From assembly GCF_004010195.1 (NCBI RefSeq), contig NC_057719.1:15891860-15955859 (forward strand): a DNA stretch of 64,000 nt, given 5' to 3'. The notes beneath the pieces were generated by a model. That model searched no databases. It had not been told where the DNA came from and was given only the letters and a program-made list of their open reading frames with translations. The DNA comes from Chiloscyllium plagiosum (lineage: Eukaryota). The translations under genes and the position numbers were made by a program. Each line of letters begins with the position of its first letter. Position 1 is the stretch's first letter. Shown here piece by piece: positions 1-12,998 of this stretch.

Positions 1-776
1 CCCTACGACCCACCCTCCTATCCTGGCACTTTCCCCTGCCACCGCAGGAACTGTAAAACCTGTGCCCACACCTCCTCCCTCACCTCTATGCAAGGCCCTA
101 AAGGAGCCTTCCACATCCATCGATGTTTTACTTGCACATCCACTAATATCATCTATTGTATCCGTTGCTCCCGATGCGGTCTCCTCTACATTGGGGAGAC
201 TGGGCGCCTCTTAGCAGAGCGCTTTAGGGAACATCTCCGAGACACCCGCACCAATCAACCAAATCGCCCCGTGGCTCAACATTTCAACTCCCCCTCCCAC
301 TCTGCCGAGGACATTGAGGTCCTGGGCCTCCTTCACCGCCGCTCCCTCACCACCAGATGCCTGGAGGAAGAACGCCTCATCTTCTGCCTCGGAACACTTC
401 AACCCCAGGGCATCAATGTGGATTTTAACAGTTTCCTCATTTCCCCTTCCCCCACCTCATCCTAGCTTCTAACCTCCAGCAACTCGATCCCCTGACCTGT
501 CCGGACTTGTCCGACCTGCCCAGCTCCTTTTCCACCTATCCACTCCACCCTCTCCTCCCTGACCTATCTCCTCCCTGACTTCATCTCCTCCCCCACTGCC
601 CTATTGTACTCTATGCTACTCTATCCCCACTCCCACCCTCCTCTAGCTTATCTCTCCACGCTTCAGGCTCTCTGCCTTTATTCCTGATGAAGGGCTTTTG
701 CCCGAAACGTCGATTTTGCCTGTCCTCGGATGCTGCCTGAATTGCTGTGCTCTTCCAGCACCACTGATCCAGAATC
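1..776 (+). mobile_element. Penelope-like retroelement (Neptune type), 3' end with GIY-YIG endonuclease and terminal repeat
   Basis: Frame is open from base 1 to the stop at 465. It has a Cys-rich linker (CHRRNCKTC) followed by IYCIRC..CGLLYIGETGR..ERFREH. Downstream are a pyrimidine-rich 3' region and a hammerhead motif at 684-711. Confidence 0.92.
684..711 (+). ncRNA. Minimal hammerhead ribozyme motif in Penelope terminal repeat
   Basis: CTGATGA-A-GGGC(TTTT)GCCC-GAAA-CGTC: conserved core boxes, 4-bp stem II and palindromic ACGT stem III. Confidence 0.8.
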
Positions 777-1945
777 ATTTGAACTCAGGCATATCACACT
801 TCAAATCCAATCTGACTGCCATATTGGTTTACTCACAATGCTCTTTATATATACTCATCACTAAATCATAATACATCAATAGAATGCATCATTGTACTCA
901 CATAGGAAAAGGAAGATTAACCTAACATCTCCTAGTCATTCCGTTACAAGGTGATAAGGTCTATTTTGATTCTTGCAATCACTTTATTACTATTAATACT
1001 GTGACCAGATCAAAGTTTCCCAAACTTTCAAGGCACAAATGGAAGAATGTTCCTTGGCTTTGCAATTCATCTCTCTTCAGCAGAAATTGTTTTTAACTTA
1101 TCATGTACTGAACCTGACAAACAACTGAATACAGGTGAAGTGTGAACATACAGTTAACATACTCCATCACTCATTTCTATTACATGCTCCATCAACCTTC
1201 TTGTGCTGCCACATCATAATTGTCATCTGAATTCTTGGAAATGAAGATTTTGCCTTACATTGCAAGCTGATACCTGTGCAATATTTGCCACTACGCTGAC
1301 TGCAATGCGTTCACTCACTCTGTGTCTCACCATGTGCAAATCTCCCTCTACTTCCACTATCCTGTATAGAATAAGTAGTTTTAAGATGGATAGTAATTGT
1401 TGGTAGGTGAATGATGGGGGTGTAGTATGCAGAGTATATGAAATTAGTGGTGCAGTTGGTACTACAAGAAGATTCATTGATTGAACTGGACCACTTATGT
1501 GAGGCAATTGAACTTCATTTGACAATGCAACTTAATACTTCAAGCTAGACCCTTGGCACCATAACAGTATGGTTGCATTACCCAGAGTTTGTCTGGAGGC
1601 CATTCCTGATTCTCTTCAGATCGAGGACATGTCTTCCTCTGCATTCCTCAATCTTAGTGTCCAGTGAGGGCAGAACATTTTAAAACAAAGTTTCTTCACT
1701 GTGGTATTTTATTTATTTTTCTCCCAGGTCTAACTCACTTTTACATTGGGCTGGATTTTGTGGCTACAAATTAGACCGTTTGCCCTCATTCCTCATGTTT
1801 ATGAAAAATATGGTGTGATGATGTTAGATCAGCAATCTGATGTCATCCTGCCAATCTTTGGTAATACTGAAGGCAAACTCACCAAAATTGCAAAGTTACC
1901 CACCGTTTTGAAGAAGACTGATATAAAAACAAAGAACTGAAAATC

Positions 1946-2035
1946 AAAAGCAGAAAGTGCTGGAGAAGCTCAGCACATCTGGCAGCATTTGTAGAGATAA
2001 AAACAGTTAATGTTTCAAGTTTAGTGACCCTTCAT
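1946..2035 (-). repeat. Short degenerate Penelope 3' terminal fragment
   Basis: Resembles the tail at 40193-40300 in reverse orientation; decayed GAAGGGTCAC...GAAAC motif. Confidence 0.55.
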
Positions 2036-2739
2036 GTTCTGTGCTCTGCGCAGGTGTGGAATCACTCAACAGTGTGCTTACTACTGGCTGTAGATAACAG
2101 TCATTTAAATCGCCACATAGCAAGAACTTTGCAATATTAAAGGGAAGCAAGGGTTGTGAGCCCTTTTTACTTTTTTGATTCTGATTCAATTTCACTATCT
2201 TAGAATGTGAAGTGCATGACATGGGCTAGATTACACATAGTGTTGCAGCAAAAGATGTGTAACATTATCCCTTCATTTTGAGGTGCAAGGGCCAACAGAG
2301 ACTTGGGTTCCTCCACACTGGGAACATCAATAGCAGGTGGACTACAAACAAATAAGTCTCCAAAGTAAATATAAATGAGAAAAGAAATGACACTAAATGG
2401 TCACCACATTATAAGTAGAAAGCACAGCATGCTGGAGCTTTTGTTGGGGTGGAGTCAGCATTGAACAAATTTTATGACCACAAAGACAAGTTTTCAGATA
2501 ATTGGAATGGCACAAAATTTTTTAAAAATTGAGAGTCCTTTGAAATAGTATGAAGTCTTTCTGAAATTCTTTGTATGATGTATCATGATCATTCTATTCA
2601 TATAATTTAATTATGTCCATGGCTTAAATTACATACGTTTGTCATCACATATGAACATAAATGAATGAATTTGTATAAATGTATAGTACTATTCTGATCT
2701 GCAGCATAAAAAAGTGTGAAATGTCATGATTTTCAACAG

Positions 2740-2806
2740 TTTCATGGTGATCATGTACATTTATGGTTTACTCACCATTGCTTCACGGAGAATACAGATA
2801 ATCCAG
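2740..2806 (+). CDS. CATSPERB: CATSPERB internal exon (67 bp, phase 0 to 1)
   Basis: ttttcaacag|...ccag|gtaatc. Encodes FHGDHVHLWFTHHCFTENTDNP, resembling the KLWYNERCFANRE segment of mammalian CatSper-beta; phase fits the next exon. Confidence 0.75.
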
Positions 2807-2999
2807 GTAATCCCTTTAATTGTTTTAATTTTAGAAACATGGGATTTTGTGATTCATGAAAATATTACAGCTTTCCAAAAACTAGTCCTTGGAATTGAAT
2901 GATGAATGAATTTACAAAATGTATGATTACTTTGTATTATATGTTTAAATACCTTCCCTGTACAGTGTTACAGCATCAAAACAATGGATGACCTCAAAC

Positions 3000-3387
3000 A
3001 CATACTCTTCCCCCACCAATGCTGAGTAGCAGCAGTGTGTTCTATTTGCAAAAGGCACTGCAGAAATTCACCAAAGCTTCTTAGACAGCAGGTTCGAAAC
3101 CCAGAATGTCTTTGATTTTGAAGAGGGCAGCAGATACATTGGAACACCACCACTTGCAAGATCCCCTCCAAGCCACTCACCATCTTGACTTAGAAATATA
3201 TCGTCCTTTTTTCTCAGTGTCATTTGAATCAAAATCTTGGACCTCCCTCCATTGTGCGTCCATCTACATCTCATGAACTGCAGTGGTTCAAGAAGGCAGC
3301 TCACCACTACTTTTTCAAGGGATCTAGGCATGAGTAATAGATGCTGATACCTCCAGCAATGCCACAATTCACGAGTGAATAAAAAAA
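3000..3387 (+). mobile_element. LINE 3' end fragment sharing its tail with the SINEs at 5450, 20170 and 31690
   Basis: Ends GGCAGCTCACCACTAC..CAAGGG..GATGCTG..GTGAATAAAAAAA, similar to those SINE tails. Confidence 0.6.
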
Positions 3388-4071
3388 CACACTCAATTTG
3401 CATCTGTAGATTGTGTTTAACAAAGTAAAATATCTTAAAGCAGGTGTGTAGTCTGGCAAAAATTGATATTGAATTAAAGGAAGAGGTACGAGGAAGTAAG
3501 TAGATGTTTATCAAAGGAGGTCGTTTGAAGGAATTTAAATAGGTGATTAAAAAATTTAAAATGAAAACATTGTTGGATGATGGACTATTGCACAGGCATT
3601 GCAATTCAATTTCTACCCACACTCCCCAACACACACACACTTTGGACATTGTCTTCCAAACAAATCTCTCAACCTCAGGTTGCTGTTTCTCGATAGGTAT
3701 TGTAGCACTGACTCTTAACCAAGTCATTGCACTTCTGCAGATGCATCGATGGAAAGTTTTGCAGTATAAGTAACTGCGTTCATTGTACTTTTCAAAGTCT
3801 GAACATAACTGACTATCTCAGAAAGAGTGTACTTATTAGTATTTGTGTTCTTTGATATTTATGTATTATTTTGTATCTTCATTCTTTAGTAAATAAGGAT
3901 ATTTTTTTAAAAATGTTGCAAGTCTTTATAAAATTCATAGGGGCATAGTTTTCTCTTCTCTTCCCTGTAAACTTATTGGCCTGTATTTTACATTCCCATT
4001 GGTGTGTTTGAAGGCAGGAGTGCTCGTAAAATCCAAAAGATGCCTCACCCACCACCTAGCCACCTTCCTTT

Positions 4072-4350
4072 GCTGATCTGCTTGTGGCCTTAATGCTACT
4101 TTCCTGCCTGCCCCATAAACCTTGACTCCTTTTATCTCAAGAATCTGTGTAATTTAACTTTAAATTTATTTAATGACTCAGTCTCTTCAAATCTCTTTGG
4201 AAACACATTTCAACAACTCGTGACCCTCCTTTTCATCTCTGTCATAAATACAATGACATAATTGTGAAGCAATGCTCTTCCCTAGATCGAGATTCTCACG
4301 TAAGGGGAATTACCCACCCATCAGCTATCCTGTCGAGTCCCTTTACATGT
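4072..4350 (-). mobile_element. Degenerate CR1 LINE 3' fragment
   Basis: Similar to the CR1 3' regions at 8490-8850 and 16400-16700. Confidence 0.5.
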
Positions 4351-4754
4351 CTGAGTTGGATAAAGCTTATTTATGTATACCAATTAGTGTTAATTGCATT
4401 TAAACTGCAGTTTACAGTATACAGCAGGTGCCTCTAGAAATAGAAATTTGTATTTGAATAAAGACTAATTCTGGTATTCTGTCTTTTAATACTCAGCTCT
4501 TTGAGTTTTGATACCCATCATGCAGATATAAATAATCTTGAGCAAACAGCACATCTTCTCCACACAGTTGTCACTGCTGCAAGTCTCATGCATATCTTAC
4601 AACTTCTAAATACTTTCAGCTATGATAGGCACATCAATGAAACACAAAGGGTGCAACTTTCCCCTTCCTAGTCATGAAAGCCAAATTACAAAATGAGCAA
4701 ATGATTAGGTAGTTTACCCTGGAGAGAGATACTCACTGAATTCTTACTGCCTTC

Positions 4755-5100
4755 ATAGAATCCCTACAGTGTAGAAACAGGCCATTTAGCCCAACAAAGT
4801 CCACACCGACCCTCTGAAGAATAACCCATCCAGGCCCATTCCCCTACCACTCTATATTTACCCTGGCTAATGCATCTAACCCATTCATCCCGGAACACTA
4901 CAGGCAATTTAGCATGCTCAATTCACCTAACCTGGGCATCTTTGGTTTGTGGGTGGAAACCAGAGCACTTGGAAGAAACTCACACAGACATGGGGAGAAT
5001 GTACAGACTTCACACAGACAAGTTGTCCAAGTCTGTAATTGAACCTGGGTCCCTGGTGCTGTGGGGCAGCAGTGCTAACCATTGTGTCACTGTGTCACCC
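4755..5100 (-). mobile_element. HE1-type V-SINE
   Basis: tRNA-like head, V-domain core (GGTTTCC..CCCACA..CCAAAGATG) and CR1-like tail, all on the reverse strand. Confidence 0.88.
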
Positions 5101-5449
5101 AACCACTGAACCACCCTGCCTTCCATTGAGTCATCGTGCCTTAGCAATCAGGTGCTGGGCCAGAGGTCCATGGGAGACCATCTTGATGTGACCAATGATT
5201 AAGGCCCTTAATTGATAAATTAATAGACACTTGAGGGCCTCAACTCACCAGTGGCCCAATTACCTTCATTGCTGACATGTGAGAGAAGTTACTGTTTTCT
5301 GACTAGGAAACTAGGGCAATCTGCTTGCAGTTTGGAAGAAAGAGCCTCAACTCGCCCAATCTGTTAGCACAAGACCCTGTCTGAGGGTGATTGCACTTTG
5401 TGAGGGGAGGCTATGTCATTTTTACAAGTGTTTCCCTCAACGCATCAAG

Positions 5450-5662
5450 GGAAGGTAGTGATGTAAAGGTACTATCATTCGGCAAGTAATGCAGAACCCC
5501 AGATTAATGTTCGAAGACATGGGCTTGAATCTCACAATGACAGATGGGGAACTTGAATTCAATAAAAATTTGGAATAAAAGCTAGCCCAATTATGACCAT
5601 ATAACCACTGTTGATTGTCATAAAAATCCTTCTGGTTCATTAATGGCAGGAACTCTGCCATT
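5450..5662 (+). mobile_element. tRNA-derived SINE, 5' part (split by a CR1; continues at 7323-7440)
   Basis: Colinear with the uninterrupted copy at 20170-20512. Confidence 0.7.
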
Positions 5663-7322
5663 ATTAAGAAAGGAGGTAGACAAAAGGTGGGTAACTACAG
5701 TCCCATTAGCTTAACTTCTATAGTGGAGAAAATGCTTAAATTTATCATCAAGGAAGAAATAGCGAGACATCCGGAATAAAACTGTTCCATCGGGCAGACA
5801 CAGCAAGGGTTGATGAAAGGCAGGTCATTTTTAACTAATTTACTGGAACTCTTTGAAGATATTATGAGTGGAGTGGACAATGGGGAACCGGCGGATGTGG
5901 TTTATCTTGATTTTCAGAAGGCATTCAACAGAAGTCAGCACAAAAGTCTGCTACATAAGGTAAAGGTGCACAATGTTATAGGTAATGTATTAGTATGGAA
6001 AGACAATTAGTTAATTCACAGAGAGCAAAGAGTGGGAATAAATAGATGTATTTCTGATTGGTGATCAGTGGCTAGAGGTGTGCCTCAGGGATCAGTGTTG
6101 GGATCGCAACTGTTTACAATTTGCATAGATGATTTGGAATTGGGGACCAAGTATAGTGTGCCAAAGTTGCAGATTACTTAAGATGAGTGGTAGAGCAAAC
6201 TGTGCAGAGGACACTAAAAGTCTGCAGAGGGATATAGATAGGTTAAACGAGTGGGTAAGATCTGGCAAATGGAATTCAATGTTGGGGTAGCACAGTGGCT
6301 CAGTGGTCAGCACTGCTGCCTCATAGTGCCAGACACCCAGGTTGATTCCACCATTGGACAATTGTGTAGGCTTTCTACAGGTGCTCTGGTTTCTTCTCAC
6401 AGTCCAAAGATGTGAGACGAAGTGGGTTGCCATGGGAAATGCAGGGTTATGAGAATGAGGTGTGTCTAGGTGGGAGGGTCATTGTGGACTCGATGGGCCA
6501 AATGGCCTGCTTCTATGCTATATCCTTCTATAAAAATGGGTCATCAATCTTGGTAAGAATAACAGCAAACTGGACCATTATTTGAAAAATTGCAGCACAC
6601 TGCTGTGCAGAGGGATCTAGGTATCCTTGTGCATGAATTCCAAAATGTTAGTTTGCAGGTGCAGCAGATAATTAAGAAAGTAAGTGGAATATTGTCATTC
6701 ATTGCTAGAGTTTAAAAACAGGGAGGTTATGCTGCAGCTATATAGGGTGCTGTTGAGCTACACTTGGAATACTGTATATGGTTTTGGTTTCCTTATTTGA
6801 GAAAGGATGTCCCGGCACTGGAGGTGGTGCAGAGGAGGTTCAATAGGTTGATTCTGGAGTTGACAGGCTTGGCTTATGAGGAGAAGTTGAGCAGGTTGGG
6901 AACCAAATTCATTGGAATTTAGAAGAATGGTGGAGGGGGCGATCTTAAAGAAACATATAAAGTTATGAAGGGAATAGATGATAGTAGCAAGGAGGTTATT
7001 TCCACTAGTGGGTGAATGTAGAACTCAGGGGTATAGCCTCACAATAAGGGGGAGCAGATTTAGGACTGAGTTGAGGAGGAACTTCAGTCCCCAAAGGATT
7101 GTGAATCTGTGGAATTCTCTGCCCAATGAAGAAGTTGAGGCTATCTTGTTGAATGTTTTTAAGGCAAAGACAGATGGATTTTTGAATACTAGAGGAATTA
7201 AGGGTTATGCTAAGTGGGCGGGTAAGTGGAACTGAGTCCATGAAAAGATCAGACATAATATTATTGGATGGTGGATCAGACTCTACTGGCAAGATAATCT
7301 GCTCCTGCTCCTATCTCTTATG
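5663..7322 (+). mobile_element. 5'-truncated CR1 LINE (decayed RT and C-terminus)
   Basis: [29 protein letters not shown] and RIVNLWNSLP motifs, with frameshifts and stops. Confidence 0.92.
6284..6530 (+). mobile_element. HE1-type SINE nested in CR1
   Basis: GCACAGTGGCTCAGTGGTCAGCACTGCTGCCTCA head plus V-domain remnant interrupt the CR1 RT. Confidence 0.8.
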
Positions 7323-7440
7323 GTCTAATCTGGTATACACGTGACTCTGGACACAGCAATGTGGCTGACTCTTATTTGCCCTTTGCAATTAAGGATGGGC
7401 AATAAATGCTAGTGTGGTCAGTGATGACAAGTCCCCAGTT
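7323..7440 (+). mobile_element. 3' part of the SINE split by CR1
   Basis: GTGACTCT..CAGCAATGTGG..GCAATTAAGGATGGGCAATAAATGCT tail. Confidence 0.7.
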
Positions 7441-7916
7441 TAGCATGTCACATGTATTTCACGCATGCTGAAGCACTACTTCTACATTCACATGGCTCTG
7501 CATGAAGCTGGTCACTTTTCAATGGAGGAAGTCATTCATTCAACTTCCTGAAATATAATAGCAAAAATGAGATGAGTGGAGTCCTGTAACCCCATAATAT
7601 AACCCCATACTGCCTCAGGGAACTCAGATATGTTGGCACACAGTTGCTCAGCTGGTCCAAGTAGAGCTTTGTTTCTTGTGGCTGCCATAGCACTGCATTT
7701 GCACCAACTGAGCATGGCTGTATCTGACCTCCCTCCTCTACAGAGGGCTGCATGAATCTGCCTCTACTACTATCACTCCCATTGCACATTGATGCTGTGT
7801 TCTTTATGCAATGCCACCATATTTTAGTGTGCGTGAGGACCCACTGAAGTGAGTATATTTCTTTTTAGAGACTGATTACACACAGGCCAGTCATTAATAT
7901 CACATTTTGCACTCAC

Positions 7917-8129
7917 TTTTCTAGAATGAAGAAAGTAGTTGAAGCATCTGTGGCACTGCAACCATTCACCCTACAGTAAAGGTCTGCTGCTTCTAGATTC
8001 AACAACCTTCCACCATTCAACCATTTGTTTTAGTAGCCTTCATCTGCCATCTTCTGAAAAGAGGATTTTTCACTTCTCCACTTCCATCTCCAAGAGGACT
8101 TCGAGGTCAACGTCATTGAACCAATGCCC
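7917..8129 (-). pseudogene. Decayed Myb/SANT-like exon, probably from a PIF/Harbinger transposon
   Basis: One frame reads WFNDVDLEVLLEMEVEK*KILFSEDGR*R...WKVVESRSSR...WLQCHRCFNYFLHSRK, followed by a GTGAGT donor; three stops. Confidence 0.7.
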
Positions 8130-8489
8130 GAGGCCTATACCTCACTTTCTGTTGACCTGGTGCTTGTAATCCTGCATCCAAATGTGTATCCAGGGGCTAC
8201 AGTCATGCCTTTATATCAGGCCTGTACTTCCTGCCCTGTCTCTGTTCTACACAAATTGGTTGCCAAATCTGACCTCGAACCAAATACCAAAATATTCCTT
8301 CAAATGTTTCAGACTGTAATTATTTACTCACACACACAACAAAGACCCAACCACCCCACTGGTACGTGTATTCAAGACTAAGAGCTCTGGACATTAGGGC
8401 AACAAGTGAATTCAGTGGATAAAGCAGAATGGTGGCATTCATGAAAACTTTTCTGTATAGTGATAAGGAATGCTGGAGCAGAGCAACTA

Positions 8490-8850
8490 AGAACTGGAGT
8501 AGGCTATTCAACTCCTCAAGCCTGTTCTGCCACTCAATTTGATTGCTGATCTGTGGCCTAACGCCATATAACTGCCTTTGGCCCATATCCCTTAATACCT
8601 CCGCTTAACAAAAGTTTATCTATCCCAGATTTAAAATCGACAACTGATCATGCATCCACTGCCAGAAGAGCGTTCTGAACAGCTACCTCCTTTTGTGTGT
8701 AGAAATGCTTCCTAACATCGTTCCTTGATGGTTTGGCCCTAATTCTCAGACTATGCTCCTAGTTCCAGAAATAGTTTACCTTTATCTAACCCGTCTTCTT
8801 CTGTACTGAAGACTTGATCAGGTTCCTCCTTTGATCATCTAAATTCTAGA
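8490..8850 (-). mobile_element. CR1 LINE 3' fragment
   Basis: CR1-type 3' UTR (GGAGTAGGCTATTCAACTCCTCAAGCCTGTTC on +) and ORF2 C-terminal remnant. Confidence 0.75.
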
Positions 8851-8974
8851 GAACTCCGGACTTGAGGAACTGTATGGTCTAGTTCCTTAGGTTTGTTTGA
8901 TAATTTTTCAGTAAAAATATTTCTTATGACTGTTCTTCTTCTGTAATTTAAAACAAATTACTTGTTTTCTTCAG

Positions 8975-9030
8975 AGGATTTTCTGAGTGTGACAATATCG
9001 ACATTTACATTTGCAAATCAACTAAGAAAT
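8975..9030 (+). CDS. CATSPERB: CATSPERB internal exon (56 bp, phase 1 to 0)
   Basis: cttgttttcttcag|ag gat...aat|gtaagt. Encodes (E)DFLSVTISTFTFANQLRN, resembling mammalian VDYVTVTF; phases fit both neighbours. Confidence 0.72.
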
Positions 9031-12000
9031 GTAAGTTTATTTCCTAATTATAATATATTAATTGAACAATAATGTTGTTTGCCAAGTGGAATGTACAGTT
9101 TGAATCTGGAGTTTGACACGCAATGTGATGGTTAAAAGGGAGATTAAATTTAAAATTCCTAGGAGTGGCGGAGGAAAAAGGTTAAGTGAGGACCTAAAAT
9201 TACCTTCTCTGTGTTTTCCAGATTTCTGGGTTTTTAGGTCACTATTAACTGCCTCCACTCCTTCCTTCCTACCCTTTTGCAGACAAGTGTTTACTTGTGT
9301 GGAGAAAGGAAAAGAAATTACTCTTAAGTAACTCAGGTTATGATTGTAGCACTCTACACGTACTTATAATTTTGTGAGAAATGTGATCCTGTTGAGTGCT
9401 TATATCTTCCTGCCTCATTGCTAGCCCTGAGCAGTTACTTTTTGGTCTTTATATTTTACAGTTATTAGGCAGAAACTAGTCAGTCTTATGCAACTGTGTA
9501 GTGAGAGCCATTTAATAACTTCATCCCACTATCTCTGCATTATATCAATGGTACAGTGATCCTTTACTACATGGGGAGACTGCCCACTAAAAGCTGCTGA
9601 TGTATCTGTGAGTTTGTGGGACAGCCCTCATAATCAGGCACACTTGCCCAATAAGTGAAATGTACCACTCGCGGACATAAATCTCTGCCCCCACTAATGT
9701 ACCTGTATCTCCTCCCATCCATCAGCTCTGCCCAGAGACATCAACTCCATTCACCTGCTTTTGAGGCCTAATCCATCTTGCAACTCCTGGCTAAGTGCGG
9801 TCTCAATAGTGGCTACCATTCCCTTCAGTGAGCATTTCTTAGAGAGAGGATCACTGTCCTCAATGAGATAGCAACTCGACACTAGGTACTTATTTGCATG
9901 GGGAATGAAGAATTACATTGTTGTGTTCTCACCTCTTCAGTTCATCATCAGTGCCAACTCCTCCCCTATTCCAGCATTACAATAGACTCTTTGGAAACAA
10001 ATAATGAATGTTCTCCTTTTAATTAACAACTCTAGACATTATTTAGTTTGTCAAATTTATATATATTATTTTTATTACTGCCATTGTGTATAGCTACTGA
10101 CTTTGTTTCTTGCTCTCTCCTGTCTTTACTGTTTTGCTTAGTGACTAGTCTGTCCATATTCATGCTGATTAGTTGTCAGGCTGCTGCATCTCATGCTGGA
10201 AAGGGAGCTATGATAAAAGACGGCTGGGATCCAGAAATTGCATTCTTTCAGCTCTGGATAGTGGGCAAGAAATGTTATACTCCAGAAAGCCAAAGCTATG
10301 GTGAAGAGTAGAATTTGAACAAATCTTTGCAGAATTTTATCAACTTTTTTTTGCCGTTACACATTATGAAAATTCACCTTCTAACCAATAGCACAGTTTC
10401 AGTTTTTATAGAAACACACGTAAATCACTAGTTCATGTTCACCGACTTCATTACATTAATCACAATTAATATGTAATTAACAGGTAAGGAGTCTTACGGC
10501 ATAATTATAGTGTCCCTATGTCCAAACATATGTAATACCATCTCTGAACAGGTTGATTAGAACATATCTATGCAGTTAATAGGTTCCCTGTTTTTTTCTC
10601 TAATTAAAAATTATGCATATCAGTACAGCTAAAATTTCAAAGCAGATTTAAAAAAAACCCTCGATATTCTGTATGAAGATGTGAGATGCCCTTTCTCCAG
10701 GACTCAATTTTGTTTCATTTGGAATTCTATTTGTAAAATAATTAGACAGTTGATAACTTGCATCCACCCATTTGACATATAAAACTTTCTTTCTCTCCAG
10801 CATTTGGTTCAATCCAGAAAGATTATTCTATATATCTTTTTCTCATTCACACTTTGGATAGATTGTACATTATCCCACAATGAATGATAATCCACAGAAC
10901 ATTAAAAAAATTTGTTTACTTCAGTATGCTTTGTACAAAACACTGTACAGTGAACAGAATTTCCCTTAAAATTCTTGGAAAATAAAACATTATATTCCAC
11001 TAACCTCACAAGATCTATTAGCAAAATCTTACCAGCTGTGAATGTTGTGTGCAATGGGGAGATCAGTGGGAGAATCAGGCAAGGTGGCTGTTTCCAACAT
11101 CAACATTATCTGCGCGCAGCTTTCCCCTTTGCTGTGTGTCAAGAATCTCACCAGGGAATAGTGAGTTCCCAATTAATGCTCTTTATTGCTTGTTAAAATA
11201 ACTTGCTAGCAGTCCAACTTGCCATGGACTGTGATTTTACCAAACTTGGTGTACAAACTAGCCATCAGGAAAACTCAAAATGAAAAGTTATTTTGGCAGG
11301 TTCAACTCGCTGCTGAGTCCAGGAGACCCATCTTGACCATGGACAAATTTGAGAGCAGGGTATGATCCCTTCCACTATGAATATCAGCATTCCACTATAA
11401 GGGAGGCATCACCACCATCCTGGCTTCCTCCAATGCACTGACACTGTACCTTGCAAAGGTCTAGGAGGCACCAACAGCAGCCAGCAGTGTAAGGCTTCAT
11501 CAGGTACAGTTATTGTGAGGAAAAGAACTCCTTACTCAGCGTGGACCAGGCTGTTATTGGAGCTACTCACTTGCCCTCTCAGCACACATTATATGGTGAT
11601 TCATGGCACTACCTCAACATGCATGGCCTCTGGTACTTTACCTTGAGTTGGCAATTGGCACAAACTGCTGTGATGTGCAGCACTGAGGTCAGGGGAAAGG
11701 AGATCTGAGTAAAGAGGTATACCATTGTAGCCACATGTATATTGTATACCTCGCTGAATTTTTATTTTTGTAATTTTTAATCTTTTATCAACTTTGGTTT
11801 GGAGCTATTAACTGGGAAAGTGAGGTAAAGATGAGATTTGGACGATGATAACTGCTTGTGTAAAAAGGAAAACAAGCTTTTGTTTGATTATCGGACATCC
11901 CCCCCCCCCCCCCCCCACCCCATGCAACTACTTGGATCCTCCACTAGAGTTGTTAATGGACAGAAGACCCTGCACTAGGTTAAATCTGATCTTCTCAGAG

Positions 12001-12618
12001 GGGAGGGTGAAATGACATAAGGAATTCCAATGCTGGACACAACAGTGTAAAACAGACCATTCAACACAACTGATCCCACCCCATTATTATTTAGAACTAT
12101 GTTCTATACTTATTCCAAGCATCCTTAGGGACTGACTGCAATGATGAAGAGAAATAAGAAGGAATGCTCCTGTCAACCCTTCATTCTGATCAGCTTCTGA
12201 TCAGTGTTGCTCCTGACGGGCTATATCCTATCCACTTTTTCATGATCCGTAAACTTACATCCAGTTTTACCAAATGCCCCACATTGTATTTGCTTCACTC
12301 GACATTCTCTAGATCTGCTTAATTTAGCTTTCTCTACTGTTGTAGCAATGATCTGAGTTTAGTCTACTCTTCACCAGTGATATATTGTGTCACTTTGGTT
12401 TTCTTACATGGGATCTAAGGACCAATATCACAGTCAGCTTGGAGCTTGTCATTGAGGATAGACAAAGACAGTTGTAGCCTAAATTTCTAGGTCCAATGTA
12501 TTCTTTAAAGATTTTAATGTCTATGTAAATTCTATAAAATATGCTACAAGAAAGAGAAATTAGACTTTTTAATATTTAATGCATGTGAATTCTTGACATT
12601 TTGCATTTTTTTTCTTAG

Positions 12619-12771
12619 ATAAACACCTGTTTCTATGCTACTTCTCCTTTCAAAGAGTGGAACATATGTTCACCACCACATATTGAATATATTTCGGATA
12701 TTATCACTACTCTGTGGGACCAACAAAGAAACACACTTATTACTCTATCTTACCTGCCATTACCTAACAAG
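12619..12771 (+). CDS. CATSPERB: CATSPERB internal exon (153 bp, phase 0 to 0)
   Basis: tttttttcttag|...aag|gtcaat. Encodes INTCFYATSPFKEWNICSPPHIEYISDIITTLWDQQRNT..., resembling SCFYSQEPFLEWVPCLP..FLVDQERGT. Confidence 0.82.
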
Positions 12772-12998
12772 GTCAATGCCACAGTATTGTTTTAATCACA
12801 ATTTTATGTGTCTCTACATGTGAGTTGTCATGCCTTAGAAGGAAGTGGGAGTTAAATGAGCTTGAGTTAAAAAAGGATTGGCTCAGTCAGTTGCAAGTCC
12901 TCTTCAATCATTCTTAATTTTTGTCTTATACTGTTGCCATGGAGCAGTGAAGATTGAAGTTACCTCCATTGTTTAAGTTTAAACTTTGTAAGTGAGAA